Source of the DNA: an uncultured Alphaproteobacteria bacterium
GTDB taxonomy: Bacteria > Pseudomonadota > Alphaproteobacteria > Parvibaculales > Parvibaculaceae
Direction: 5' to 3'
DNA length: 64,000 nucleotides
Assembly: GCA_963696585.1 (NCBI GenBank)
Contig: CAVOKW010000035.1
Span: 77,682-141,681, forward strand
Positions 48,698 through 58,574 of the stretch are shown here, piece by piece. The notes beneath the pieces were generated by a model that saw only the letters and a list, made by a program, of their open reading frames with translations, searched no databases and was not told the DNA's origin. A program made the position numbers and the translations under genes. Numbering within the stretch: position 1 is the stretch's first letter; each line of letters starts with the position of its first letter.

Positions 48698-49708
48698 TCA
48701 GTTGGTGCTGCCGCGCAGGTCGCTCGAGTCGAAGGTTGGTGCGCGGTAATAGTCGTAAGGGTCCTTGATCTGTGTCGTGGCGACGATAGCCTCGGTGCGG
48801 GGCGAGGGTTTCTGGAACTCGATCTTGCCCAGCGGGTCGCCATTGGCGCCGAAGTTCGTGCAGCTTGTCGGGTTCACATTATAGAGCGGCACGACCATTT
48901 CGAGCACGGCGCGTTCGATGACCGAGCGGACGCCAAGCTGGAGCGGCTCGTTGGCGCGTTCGCCAGCCCCGAGGCTGAAGAGATTGCCGCCGAGAATGTC
49001 GAAGACGCCAGCGCTGATTTCGCGGCCGATGATCTGCTTCTGATAGGAAACAACATTGATGACTTCGAGCGTTTCGCTGTTCACGAGGCGCATGTCGATG
49101 CCGACATTCATGACGAACTGACGGGCATTGAGCGAGGCGCCGGTGTCGCCGCTGCCGGCTGTGTAGCCCGCATCAATGCCACCATTGCGGATGTCGTAAT
49201 TGAGTTCGGTGATGCCGCCGACGAGGTAGTAATTGCTGCCCTGAATGGAGCCCGCCATGATCTTGCGATAGTCGCCCGTGTCGGCCTGCACATTGTCGCC
49301 GATGAGTTTGGAGCTGGCATATTTCAGCTCAAGTTCGGTGACCGATGTGTCATAGCGCTCGACAAGGCGCACATGGGCTTTTGACAGGGCCGAAATCGCC
49401 ATCAGCGACCCGCCCTGGGTCACGGCCGGGCCGCCATCCTTGTCGATCTTGCCTGTGTAGTCGCGAATATTGCCAACAGCGATGCGCGGGGCGTCGTTCA
49501 TGCGGCCAATCGCCGTGCCGACGCAGCGCAGCGCCGAGGAATAAGGTGTTTCATTGTTGATGACGGGCGCATTGCCGATGGGGGTCGTGTAGCGGCCATC
49601 GCTGCCCGCATTGGGGCTGATGCAACCCGTGAGCGACAAGGTCAGGCCGAGCAAAGCCGCGATCCGCTTGGGACCGTTCTTCTCTCTCACATATGTGAAT
49701 GCCGGCAT
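48698..49708 (-). CDS. hfaB: HfaB/CsgG-family outer-membrane lipoprotein (336 aa)
   Basis: Lipobox LTGC; GRYTTPIGNAPVINNETPYSSALRC, AVGNIRDYTGK, VTQGGSLMAISALSKA, LVERYD, GGITELNY, NEPLQLGVR. Confidence 0.85.
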   Translation of the reverse strand: MPAFTYVREKNGPKRIAALLGLTLSLTGCISPNAGSDGRYTTPIGNAPVINNETPYSSALRCVGTAIGRMNDAPRIAVGNIRDYTGKIDKDGGPAVTQGGSLMAISALSKAHVRLVERYDTSVTELELKYASSKLIGDNVQADTGDYRKIMAGSIQGSNYYLVGGITELNYDIRNGGIDAGYTAGSGDTGASLNARQFVMNVGIDMRLVNSETLEVINVVSYQKQIIGREISAGVFDILGGNLFSLGAGERANEPLQLGVRSVIERAVLEMVVPLYNVNPTSCTNFGANGDPLGKIEFQKPSPRTEAIVATTQIKDPYDYYRAPTFDSSDLRGSTN

Positions 49709-49752
49709 CGTCACTTGGCTCACCTTGATAGCGAATTGTTCCAACTCATGAG

Positions 49753-49768
49753 TGCAACGGGTGTGCCA
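49753..49768 (-). promoter_or_regulatory. Consensus sigma54 promoter of hfaB-like gene
   Basis: TGGCAC-ACCCG-TTGCA, ~45 nt upstream of ATG. Confidence 0.8.
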
Positions 49769-49772
49769 GCGT

Positions 49773-49798
49773 AAAGCTCTTGTTAACGAATGAGCTTT
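49773..49798. promoter_or_regulatory. Inverted repeat abutting the -24 element (candidate operator)
   Basis: AAAGCTC-ttGTTAACgaat-GAGCTTT. Confidence 0.45.
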
Positions 49799-49970
49799 TC
49801 TGCGGGTTTGCAGGGTTAAGACGCTTTCTTCTGCCGCTTGTCTCTGTGCATCATGTGTCACGGCGGTCTTGCAAAGCCGGGGCCTCGGCCAGCGTGTTTC
49901 ATGCTGAAACAAAAGGCGCGGCGCGTTAACCAGTGCAATGCGCCAAATGGGGATCAGGGGAGAGTGCGCG

Positions 49971-50110
49971 ATGGCGCGGCTTGAGTTCTTTTTCGATTGT
50001 TCAAGTCCATGGACTTGTTTGGCTCGCCAACGATGTTTGTGAACAAGACTGACATGTATTTTGGCAATGATCGTTTGCCATTGGTGGAGGCTGCGCTTGA
50101 GCGTTCCTGA
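49971..50110 (+). pseudogene. HCCA isomerase/DsbA-family remnant with large internal deletion
   Basis: RBS + MARLEFFFDCSSPWT joined out of frame to FGSPTMFVNKTDMYFGNDRLPLVEAALERS*. Confidence 0.85.
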
Positions 50111-50126
50111 AGTTCCTGAGGCCGAA

Positions 50127-50918
50127 ATGCCACGTCATGAGCCACCGGCGCTGAATGTGCCCGGGCCCGTATTGGCGCTGTTGGCGCTGATGGCCGGTAT
50201 GTTTGTACTTTACGATCAATCCAGTCCCGATGGTCAGGATCAGATGATCTTGTGGCTGGCGTTGTTCCCGGCGCGCATTCTGGCGCCGACGGGTGAAAAC
50301 CTGATCTGGCCGGGTGGTGTGGCGGGCGATTTCTGGACCTTTATCACTTATACCTTCATGCATGGCAGCTGGACGCATCTCATCGTCAACAGTGTCTGGC
50401 TGCTCGCTTTTGGCTCGGCGCTGGCGCGGCGGCTGGGGGCTGTGCGTTTCTATCTCTTCTATTTCACCTGCGGCATTGCCGGGGCGGTGTTGCATGTGGC
50501 GCTGAATGCCGGATCGATGGTGCCGATTGTTGGCGCTTCGGCGGCGCTGTCTGGCCTGATGGGCGGTGCGGCGCGGTTCATCTTTCTCAGCGACGGGCCG
50601 CTGGGCGGATTGATGCGGATTGGCCGCGACGGATTGCCGATCATGTCGCGCGGGCGGATGTCGATCATGGGGGCGCTGACGGATCGCCGCTCGATGATTT
50701 TCATTGTGGTCTGGCTGGGGCTTAATTTCCTCTTTGGGCCGACGGGTCTTTCAGCGGCTGTGGGCTCAAGCGCGGCTGTTGCCTGGGAAGCGCATATGGG
50801 TGGTTTTCTTGCGGGATTGCTGCTTTTCGGCCTGTTTGACCCGCTGCAATTTTCAGCCTCTGGCGGACCGGGCAATGTGGACTATGGCCAATGGCTGGGA
50901 CCGCGCGACGGTAGATGA
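50127..50918 (+). CDS. Rhomboid intramembrane serine protease
   Basis: FMHGSWTHLIVN, VGASAALSG, AWEAHMGG. Confidence 0.95.
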   Translation: MPRHEPPALNVPGPVLALLALMAGMFVLYDQSSPDGQDQMILWLALFPARILAPTGENLIWPGGVAGDFWTFITYTFMHGSWTHLIVNSVWLLAFGSALARRLGAVRFYLFYFTCGIAGAVLHVALNAGSMVPIVGASAALSGLMGGAARFIFLSDGPLGGLMRIGRDGLPIMSRGRMSIMGALTDRRSMIFIVVWLGLNFLFGPTGLSAAVGSSAAVAWEAHMGGFLAGLLLFGLFDPLQFSASGGPGNVDYGQWLGPRDGR

Positions 50919-50995
50919 GAAAAGCCTATTGAATAGCCGGGTGGCATAACCACATAGCGGATAGGTGGTTTCATCCCCCCAGAGGAGGCACTTCA

Positions 50996-51325
50996 ATGAG
51001 CGACGGTTCGGCTTCGGCCAATGAGCTTGATCACGGCAAGGATGATGCAGGTGCCGCGCCTGATGCGTCCGGCCATGATCGCAAGGAACTTCTCTATCGT
51101 TTCCTGTACATGCTGGCGTTCTGGTTTCTCGGCAATATCGCGTTCTCGCTCTCCATCCTGATGGGCGCGGTGCAACTTGCCGTCATTCTTGTGACGGGCA
51201 AACGCAATGAAGAGCTGCGGAACTTCAGCCGCAATCTCATTCAATATGTCTGGCAGTGCCTGGCATTTGTGACATTTGCGAGTGAGGAAAAGCCGTTTCC
51301 GCTCGGCTCGTTTCCCAAGCTCTGA
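50996..51325 (+). CDS. DUF4389-like membrane protein
   Basis: RFLYML...QLAVILVTGKRNEEL..F...EEKPFP. Confidence 0.85.
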   Translation: MSDGSASANELDHGKDDAGAAPDASGHDRKELLYRFLYMLAFWFLGNIAFSLSILMGAVQLAVILVTGKRNEELRNFSRNLIQYVWQCLAFVTFASEEKPFPLGSFPKL

Positions 51326-51377
51326 AGCGTAACGATCGCGCTGTCCCTGTACGACCAGATTGGCAGCAGGACAGACG

Positions 51378-51520
51378 CGGATGGCCCGCGACTTTTAAAT
51401 CTCAAAGAGGGCCGGGCCATGACGGTGAGGCGAATATTTTCTCTCGTCATTGGCCGGGCTTGATCCGGGCATGACAGGCGGAAGAATGGATTGCCGCGGC
51501 GCTCTGCGTCTCGCAATAAC
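51378..51520. repeat. Degenerate REP-like cluster
   Basis: GGATGGCCCG..GGGCCATGAC, GTCATTGGCCGGGCTTGATCCGGGCATGAC, GGATTGCCGCG..CTCGCAATAAC. Confidence 0.65.
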
Positions 51521-51528
51521 GCTTTCTC

Positions 51529-52137
51529 CTAAAAAAGCGGCTCGGTATAAAGGGATCTGCCATCAAGGTTCAGGGACTTGATGGCAGCTTCGCCATCGTC
51601 TGAAATGGCGACATCCACCATGATGCGGCGCTCGTTTCGTGCCGCTTCCAGATCATGGCCTGTGCCTTCGGGCACGAAATAGCTCTCAATACCGTAATGA
51701 ATGGTTGCCTCGCCGCAGCGCGGACAGGGCTGTTGTGACTTGTTGCCATTCGGGCCGGCAGGCGGCGCACTGCGATCCACATAGATGATCCGGCCACGGA
51801 TGATGGCTTTTCCCTGTATGGCGTCAGGCCTGGTTCGGGACAAGGCGACGGCCTGCCAGATTTCGTTGGCTGGGGCGAGGGTGACGAAAACCTTGTCGCC
51901 GCTGGCGAGATCATCGGGCGCGCCGAGTTCGGCGACTTTCAGTCGTGAGATTTCATAATTGAGGGTCACATAATCGCCGCGGAAAATGTCGCGCGGATCG
52001 ACGGGCTCGGTTGCCAGTCTGACAACCGTGGCACTGCTCAAGAGCGAGACACGCCCGGCAATCATCCAGCCAAGAAAAAAGGTCTGGAAAATCGCCAGCG
52101 CGACAAGGCCCAAGCCAAAGCGGTTCATCTTGCTCAT
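51529..52137 (-). CDS. GDYXXLXY-domain protein
   Basis: PVDPRDIFRGDYVTLNY, YGIESYFVPEG. Confidence 0.93.
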   Translation of the reverse strand: MSKMNRFGLGLVALAIFQTFFLGWMIAGRVSLLSSATVVRLATEPVDPRDIFRGDYVTLNYEISRLKVAELGAPDDLASGDKVFVTLAPANEIWQAVALSRTRPDAIQGKAIIRGRIIYVDRSAPPAGPNGNKSQQPCPRCGEATIHYGIESYFVPEGTGHDLEAARNERRIMVDVAISDDGEAAIKSLNLDGRSLYTEPLF

Positions 52138-53426
52138 TTGGCTTCTCCCGATGCGTCTTGTCCGACGGAACCGACAATGCGTCGTCGCATGCGCTCCATG
52201 AGGAGACTGCCCGCGATGAGCAGCACCCCACCAAGAAGGAAGAAGGCGGCCGTACCAAGCAGGGAGCCGAGCGCTTCGAAATAGACGTAAAGCGTTTCGC
52301 CGCCAAAGGCGATGAAGCCGAGATTGACGGTCATGCGGCTTTCGCGATGCGACCCATAGGAAATGAGCCAGGCCGACAGACCGAGGATCAAACCGACATT
52401 GATCCAGGGCCAAAGGCCGCCATCGCCGGCAAAGAGGGGACGGCAGATGAAGACAAGGGCGATGAGGCCCATGGCGGCAAGGTCGCGCGGTTGCAAATGA
52501 GCGCTGCGCCGCGCCCACATGGTCAGACCGGCAAGCGAAAGCAGCAAGACGCTGAGCAGCCAGAAATCGGGTCTGCCGCTGTCATGGAACGTACCGGCAT
52601 ATTGCATTACCCAGAGCAGGGCGAAGGTGAGCACGATGCCGTAATGCTCCATGATGGTGCCAAGGCGCGCCATGTTTTTGGTCAGCGCGACGCCCTTGAG
52701 CCAGAGCGCCAGCGCCATCAGGCCGAAAGCGCCGAGCAGGCTCGCATTATTGAGATCAAACACTTGCGTGAAGGCGGTGGCATTGATGCCAAGCCAGAAG
52801 ACGAGCGCGAGCAAACCGAGATGTATGGCGGGGGTCCAGCTCAGCGCCAGTGTGAGCCACATGGCGGGTATCCAGACGATGAGGAAAGACCAGTGTATCG
52901 CATTGGGGTCGAGATTATGCGTGAAGGCGGTCCAGATGCCTGCGAGCAAAAAGCCGAGTGCCAGAGCGGGGCGCGAGGGCAAGATGGCGGCGGCAAACAG
53001 GGCAGCGAGACACCAGGCGAGTATGCCGCCCGGATCGTCCGTTTGAATGTGATAGATCTGCGCGATGAGCATGATGGCCGCGCCGAAGAACAACAATCCG
53101 AGCAACAAGGCGGCTTGCGCGAAGTTGGGCTGGTTGCGGCGATTGGCGTAGATCGCGACGCCATAGCCAACCCACATGGCAGCAAAAATCATGACGAGCT
53201 TGGTGAGTTTGGAAATCTCGCCCCAGTTTGCCGCGACAAAGCTCATGGCGGCAAAACCGATCAGCACCACGCCGAGAATGGCGAGGATCGAGGCCATGGA
53301 GCGCGAGTGGACGCCCGTGCTGGCCTGACGCAGAATGGCTTCGGCATTGGCGGGCGTCACCCAGCCACGCTCGATCCAGAGGTCGATATCGGTCTTGAGG
53401 CGCTGGACATAGAGGGTTTGCCACAT
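52134..53426 (-). CDS. DUF2157 membrane protein
   Basis: FVAANW, FFGAAIMLIAQIYHI; multi-TM; overlaps the GDYXXLXY gene. Confidence 0.92.
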   Translation of the reverse strand: MWQTLYVQRLKTDIDLWIERGWVTPANAEAILRQASTGVHSRSMASILAILGVVLIGFAAMSFVAANWGEISKLTKLVMIFAAMWVGYGVAIYANRRNQPNFAQAALLLGLLFFGAAIMLIAQIYHIQTDDPGGILAWCLAALFAAAILPSRPALALGFLLAGIWTAFTHNLDPNAIHWSFLIVWIPAMWLTLALSWTPAIHLGLLALVFWLGINATAFTQVFDLNNASLLGAFGLMALALWLKGVALTKNMARLGTIMEHYGIVLTFALLWVMQYAGTFHDSGRPDFWLLSVLLLSLAGLTMWARRSAHLQPRDLAAMGLIALVFICRPLFAGDGGLWPWINVGLILGLSAWLISYGSHRESRMTVNLGFIAFGGETLYVYFEALGSLLGTAAFFLLGGVLLIAGSLLMERMRRRIVGSVGQDASGEAK

Positions 53427-53480
53427 GGCTCGGGATTCCGTTGTTTTGGCGTTTTTGACGATCTGATCACAAGATTTCCT

Positions 53481-53589
53481 GTCACCCCGGATTTATTCCG
53501 CGGTCCGGTCTTGCATCGGATAGCTCCCGGTACGAGGCCGGGATGACAGTATCAGAAGACGTGGATGGTCGGACGAGCCGGGTCATGGC
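53481..53589. repeat. REP-like doublet plus a degenerate single element
   Basis: GTCACCCCGGATTTATTCCG...GGCCGGGATGAC; GTGGATGGTCGGACGAGCCGGGTCATGGC. Confidence 0.7.
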
Positions 53590-53751
53590 AATAAAAGTGT
53601 CAATGACATTCCCAACCGTCAGGCTTGCAGCTTGCGACGCAATGTCGCATGATTTCCCCGGGCGGGCGAATGCCGTCGCGGCGGGCTGCTATCCGGGGAG
53701 GGATAGGCGTCCGGAGAAGCTGCGAGCGGCGGCGATCCGAGGAGGAATGCC

Positions 53752-54183
53752 ATGAATGTAGCGACCATTCTGAAGTCCAAGGGTTCGGACGTTTCGACAC
53801 TCGGACCGAATGTCACCTTGCAGGACGCGGCGCGACTTTTGACCGAGCAACGCATTGGTGCCGTGGTCATCGTCAATGGCCAGTCACTGGCCGGGATTCT
53901 GTCAGAGCGTGACATTGTGAAGGCCATTGCCGCGCATGGCGCTGTGGCCCTCGCCAAGCCGGTGCGTGATGTCATGACGACGCGTGTCGTCACCTGCGAT
54001 CTCAACGATTCAGTCGATGAGATCATGGATTCGATGACGGCTGGTCGTTTCCGCCATCTGCCGGTTGTCGAGGCCGGGACGCTGATCGGCATCATTTCCA
54101 TTGGTGACGTGGTCAAGCATCGCATGGCCGAAACCGTTATGGAAACCGAAGCGCTGAAACTTTACATCAGTTCCGGCGCCTGA
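53752..54183 (+). CDS. Tandem CBS-domain protein
   Basis: RIGAVVI, GILSERDIV, FRHLPVVE, ISIGDVVK. Confidence 0.95.
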   Translation: MNVATILKSKGSDVSTLGPNVTLQDAARLLTEQRIGAVVIVNGQSLAGILSERDIVKAIAAHGAVALAKPVRDVMTTRVVTCDLNDSVDEIMDSMTAGRFRHLPVVEAGTLIGIISIGDVVKHRMAETVMETEALKLYISSGA

Positions 54184-54185
54184 TC

Positions 54186-55280
54186 TCAGGCCATCAGCTC
54201 GATTGCTTCAATGATGTCGGGGAGGGCCTGACGGGTCGCTTCCCGACCGAGGCGGATCATTTCATCCGCCCGGTCAAAATCGAGCAGGCTCATGTGACCA
54301 ACTTTCGGCGCGATCACAACATCAGGCGGATCGCTGGCCATGCGCATACGGCCCAGACGATCCGTCACGATGTTGAGGGAGGCGAGGAGGACACTGGCGA
54401 GTCGCGGCTCACGCTGTTTGCCGCCACCAACGACCCGCTGCAGTACCTCGGTTTCTTCCTTGCGTTTGGAGGTACCAAAGACGCTGTCCCACAGCCATTC
54501 ATGCATGGGCAAATCGGTGCCGACTGCCCGCGCCTTGTCCTGCTCCTCACGACGCGCGGCGATTTCATCCCGCACGCTCGGATCGTTATCAATGGCCTCT
54601 TCCAGGCCTTCAAAGAGGTGATCATCGCGCAACGGGGGTGGGGCGAGATCCTTGACGTATGAATTTGCGTTGCCGACTTCGCGTCGCGCGCGGCGCAGGT
54701 CGCGCGTGTCATAGGGGTCGTTGGTCAGGTTGACGGCAATGACGACACGTGAGCCGAGGGCGCGGGCAACCGAGACGGGCACGGGGTTGACAAGCGCGCC
54801 ATCGATCAACCAGCGGCCATCTACCGCCATGGGCGTGAAGATGCCCGGAACGGCATAAGATGCGCGGATCGACTGGATGAGATCGCCATGATGCAGCCAG
54901 AGCTCGTGGCCGGTGGTGAGCTCGGTGGCGACAGCGACGAAGGTTTTGGGCAGGTCCTCAATAGCCAGTCCCGACAGATGTGCCTGCATCAGGTCGGCGA
55001 GTTTGGCGTCGCCAATGATGCCGGTGGAACGGAAGCGGAAATCAAGCAGCCCGAGAATGCGGCGCTTGTTGAGGCTACGTGCGAACTCTTCCAGGGCATC
55101 CAGTTTGCCGGCGACATGGCAGGCCCCGACGAGTGCGCCTATGGAGGTGCCGGACACGATGTCGGCTTCGATGCCCGCTTCATCGAGTTCGCGCAAGACA
55201 CCGATATGCGCCCAGCCACGCGCTACGCCAGAGCCAAGCGCGATGCCGATTTTGGGGCGGCTGATTTTTAACGGTGTCAT
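54186..55280 (-). CDS. Patatin-like phospholipase (RssA-like)
   Basis: GSGVARG, GTSIG, DGALVNPVP. Confidence 0.94.
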   Translation of the reverse strand: MTPLKISRPKIGIALGSGVARGWAHIGVLRELDEAGIEADIVSGTSIGALVGACHVAGKLDALEEFARSLNKRRILGLLDFRFRSTGIIGDAKLADLMQAHLSGLAIEDLPKTFVAVATELTTGHELWLHHGDLIQSIRASYAVPGIFTPMAVDGRWLIDGALVNPVPVSVARALGSRVVIAVNLTNDPYDTRDLRRARREVGNANSYVKDLAPPPLRDDHLFEGLEEAIDNDPSVRDEIAARREEQDKARAVGTDLPMHEWLWDSVFGTSKRKEETEVLQRVVGGGKQREPRLASVLLASLNIVTDRLGRMRMASDPPDVVIAPKVGHMSLLDFDRADEMIRLGREATRQALPDIIEAIELMA

Positions 55281-55336
55281 GTACGCAACTTGCTTTTACA
55301 GGTTTCGACCAATCCATCATTGCATTTCTGCTCCCG

Positions 55337-55398
55337 GATTGCCGCGCCCCTCCGGGGCTCGCAATTCCGGGGCTCGCAATTCCGGGGCTCGCAATGAC
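55337..55398. repeat. REP-like element with internal 15-bp triplication
   Basis: GGATTGCCGCGCCCC-(TCCGGGGCTCGCAAT)x3-GAC. Confidence 0.85.
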
Positions 55399-55480
55399 GA
55401 AAATGCCAGTTACCCGTCGTCATATTGGTCGTGTCTGTATTCCGAGTCTCTGGCGAAATTATGTCGGAGACAATGTGGGC

Positions 55481-55921
55481 CTAGTCATGCTTGTGGGCAA
55501 GGCGCAGCATGTCGGTGGCGGCGAGTGTCTTGCCATCGCTGCCCAGGGGCACAGCGCGATAAAAGCAGGAGCGAAAGCCGACATGGCAGCAGCCGCCATC
55601 GCCATCGACCTTCACCTTGAGCCAGATCGTATCCTGATCGCAGTCGGTTCGCATTTCGATGACGCTCTGAATCTGGCCACTGGTATCGCCCTTGTGCCAG
55701 AGCGCCTGACGCGAGCGTGACCAGTACCAGGCGGTGCCCTCGGCAATGGTGCGGGCCAGCGCTTCCTCATTCATCCAGGCATGCATCAGCAATTCGCCAC
55801 TCGCCGCGTCGGTCGTGACAACGGGGATCAGGCCGCGCTCGTCAAAGCGTGGCGCGAAAACGAGGGCTTCTTCCAGCACCTGTTTGGTGTCGGCTGTGCC
55901 GAAGCGGGATAAGGGCGACAT
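55481..55921 (-). CDS. hisI: Phosphoribosyl-AMP cyclohydrolase
   Basis: [32 protein letters not shown]. Confidence 0.97.
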   Translation of the reverse strand: MSPLSRFGTADTKQVLEEALVFAPRFDERGLIPVVTTDAASGELLMHAWMNEEALARTIAEGTAWYWSRSRQALWHKGDTSGQIQSVIEMRTDCDQDTIWLKVKVDGDGGCCHVGFRSCFYRAVPLGSDGKTLAATDMLRLAHKHD

Positions 55922-56043
55922 GGTATTTTCTCCGGACCCCGCCACATGTGGCGGCTGACCCATCGTAAGGACGAAAACGGCCCGGACAAGGGCCCATGAG
56001 GGGGCTTGTCCGGGCCGCGAAAGAACGTTTTGAGCGTCAGCGC

Positions 56044-56676
56044 CTAATAGCCGCGGATCATCTGCATGAAGCGGGTTTCAAGGCGCGGGTCTTCGCGGAA
56101 GACGCCGGTGAAGAGGCTGGTGATCGTGGCGACATCGGGCTTATGAACGCCGCGCGTGGTCATGCACTGATGCTTGGCTTCCACGAGAATGGCCACGCCC
56201 GCGGGTTCGAGAGCGGTGTTGATGGCATCGACAATCTGTTGCGTCATGGTTTCCTGCGTTTGCAGGCGACGGGCATAGATCTCGACGACGCGGGCGAGCT
56301 TGGAAATGCCCACGACCTTGTTGGTCGGCACATAAGCAATATGCACCTTGCCAAGAATGGCCACCATGTGGTGTTCGCAATGGGATTCGAGCGCGATGTC
56401 GCGAAGCATCACCATGTCGCTATAACCTTCAACATCTTCGAAGGTGCGGCCGAGTTCCTTGAACGGATCGGCATTATAGCCTTCGAAAAATTCTTCATAG
56501 GCGCGCACGACGCGACCGGGCGTATCCACCAGACCTTCGCGGTCGGGATTGTCGCCTGCCCAGGCAATCAGCGTGCGAACAGCCGCTTCAGCCTCTTCGC
56601 GGCTTGGGCGCTTCAAGGGGATGGTGAGGTTTTCCACGCGGTTCCGGAATCCATCTACAACAGCATTCATGTCCAT
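56044..56676 (-). CDS. folE: GTP cyclohydrolase I
   Basis: [34 protein letters not shown]. Confidence 0.98.
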   Translation of the reverse strand: MDMNAVVDGFRNRVENLTIPLKRPSREEAEAAVRTLIAWAGDNPDREGLVDTPGRVVRAYEEFFEGYNADPFKELGRTFEDVEGYSDMVMLRDIALESHCEHHMVAILGKVHIAYVPTNKVVGISKLARVVEIYARRLQTQETMTQQIVDAINTALEPAGVAILVEAKHQCMTTRGVHKPDVATITSLFTGVFREDPRLETRFMQMIRGY

Positions 56677-57172
56677 TTGACCACTCTCCAGGGGTTTCCC
56701 GACCGCCTCGCCCACGCAATCCTCTTGGGGGGACTTTGTGACCTGCGCTGCATTCGGTTCAATTCACGAGAGGTTTCCGTCACGGAAACACTCGCTTTGC
56801 CCATCAAGCACGGGTCTTATGCCATGCTGTTTTTGATGTGACACCGTCTAAAGGATGCATATAGCTTTGCACAAAGGGGCTATCAAGGGTGCAGGTTTAA
56901 TTGTTCGGCGCAAATTGCCGGGTTTGGGGCATCCAATTTTGGCTGTTTACGCCTGGTTTGCAATTTCGGTTCACCTTGTTAATGCTTGCGATGGCCCGGC
57001 AAGGCCAGTATCAGTGGGACAGCGGCGCGCGAGGCTGCGGCGATTCAGGATGTTCGGAAATGACCTGTCGAACCCGATACAAGGCTCAAACCTGCCATTT
57101 TGACTGAGTCCCCGCCGGGAGGCGGGTGGTCTCGGTCGCCTGACCCCTGACGCCCAGACCGGACCCCTCCTG

Positions 57173-58570
57173 ATGAAAACCGCCAAGCCGCTATCGCTCT
57201 ATAATTCGCTGACACGCAGCAAGGAGATTTTTACGCCTGCCGATCATCAGCGCGTAACCATGTATGTCTGCGGCCCCACGGTTTACAATTTCGCCCATAT
57301 TGGCAATGCCCGACCGGCCGTCGTTTTTGACGTGCTCGCCCGGTTGCTGCGGCGGCTTTATCCGCATGTCGTTTATGCCCGCAACATCACCGACATCGAG
57401 GACAAGATCATTGCCGCCGCGCGCGAGCAGGGCGTCGAGATCGGTGTCATCACGCAAAAATATGCCGACATCTATCGTCAGGATATGGGGGCGTTGGGTG
57501 TGATCGTGCCGGATATCGAGCCGAAGGCGACGGAGAGCGTGCCGGAGATGATCGCGATCATGCAGCGGCTCATCGCGGCGGGACATGCCTATGCGGCGGA
57601 AGGGCATGTGCTGTTCAATGTGCCGAGCGACAAGGCCTATGGTCGGCTTTCGGGCCGTGATCGCGACGACATGATTGCCGGGGCGCGGGTGGAAGTGGCG
57701 CCCTATAAAAAAGACGCCGCAGACTTTGTGTTGTGGAAACCCTCGACACCTGATCAGCCGGGGTGGGACAGCCCTTGGGGACGCGGGCGTCCGGGCTGGC
57801 ATATCGAATGCTCGGCCATGATCGAGAAGCATCTGGGCGAGACCATCGACATTCATGGCGGCGGCATCGACCTGCAATTTCCCCATCATGAGAATGAGCT
57901 GGCGCAATCAAGCTGCGCCCATGGCGGCGCGCCGCTGGCCCGCTTCTGGCTCCACAATGGCTTTGTGAATATCGAAAAAGAGAAGATGTCCAAATCCGTC
58001 GGCAATGTGCTGCTGGTGCATGACCTCATCAAAACAGCGCCGGGCGAGGCGATCCGGCTGGCGCTGCTCAATGGGCATTACCGCCAGCCGCTTGACTGGA
58101 CAGCCGACGGACTCACCCAATCTGTGAGGATGCTGGACCGGCTTTATGGGGCGTTGCGCGGGCTTTCGGATGTAAAATCTGAGCCAACCCACGATGCCGT
58201 GCCCTCGGCTTTCTGGGAGGCGCTGCTCGATGACCTCAATACACCCAAGGCCTTGGCCGAGCTTTTTGCCCTGGCAAAGCAGGCCAATACCGAGACGGAT
58301 CCCGGCACGCGCGCGCAGCTCAAGGCCGCGCTTCTGGGTTCGGCGCAGCTTTTGGGGCTGCTGCAAAGCGATCCGGAAACATGGTTTGCAGGCGCCGGGG
58401 TGGTATCCCATATAAATGCCGAGGAGATCGAAGCCTTGATTGCGGGGCGCAATGCCGCGCGCAAGGCCAGGGATTTCAAGGAAGCCGACCGGATCCGCGA
58501 TGAACTTACGGAGAAGGGCGTGCAGATTGAAGATGGCCCGCAGGGAACGACGTGGCGGGTGGCGAGTTGA
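57173..58570 (+). CDS. cysS: Cysteinyl-tRNA synthetase
   Basis: [32 protein letters not shown]. Confidence 0.99.
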   Translation: MKTAKPLSLYNSLTRSKEIFTPADHQRVTMYVCGPTVYNFAHIGNARPAVVFDVLARLLRRLYPHVVYARNITDIEDKIIAAAREQGVEIGVITQKYADIYRQDMGALGVIVPDIEPKATESVPEMIAIMQRLIAAGHAYAAEGHVLFNVPSDKAYGRLSGRDRDDMIAGARVEVAPYKKDAADFVLWKPSTPDQPGWDSPWGRGRPGWHIECSAMIEKHLGETIDIHGGGIDLQFPHHENELAQSSCAHGGAPLARFWLHNGFVNIEKEKMSKSVGNVLLVHDLIKTAPGEAIRLALLNGHYRQPLDWTADGLTQSVRMLDRLYGALRGLSDVKSEPTHDAVPSAFWEALLDDLNTPKALAELFALAKQANTETDPGTRAQLKAALLGSAQLLGLLQSDPETWFAGAGVVSHINAEEIEALIAGRNAARKARDFKEADRIRDELTEKGVQIEDGPQGTTWRVAS

Positions 58571-58574
58571 GGCG

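Noticed and set aside
47512-48749. Proteins predicted by ORF track inside the REP array (e.g. 47918-48487)
   Set aside because: They are translations of the palindromic repeats, with no RBS or coding signature
56855-57107. Small ORFs between folE and cysS
   Set aside because: No RBS, atypical composition, overlapping alternative frames
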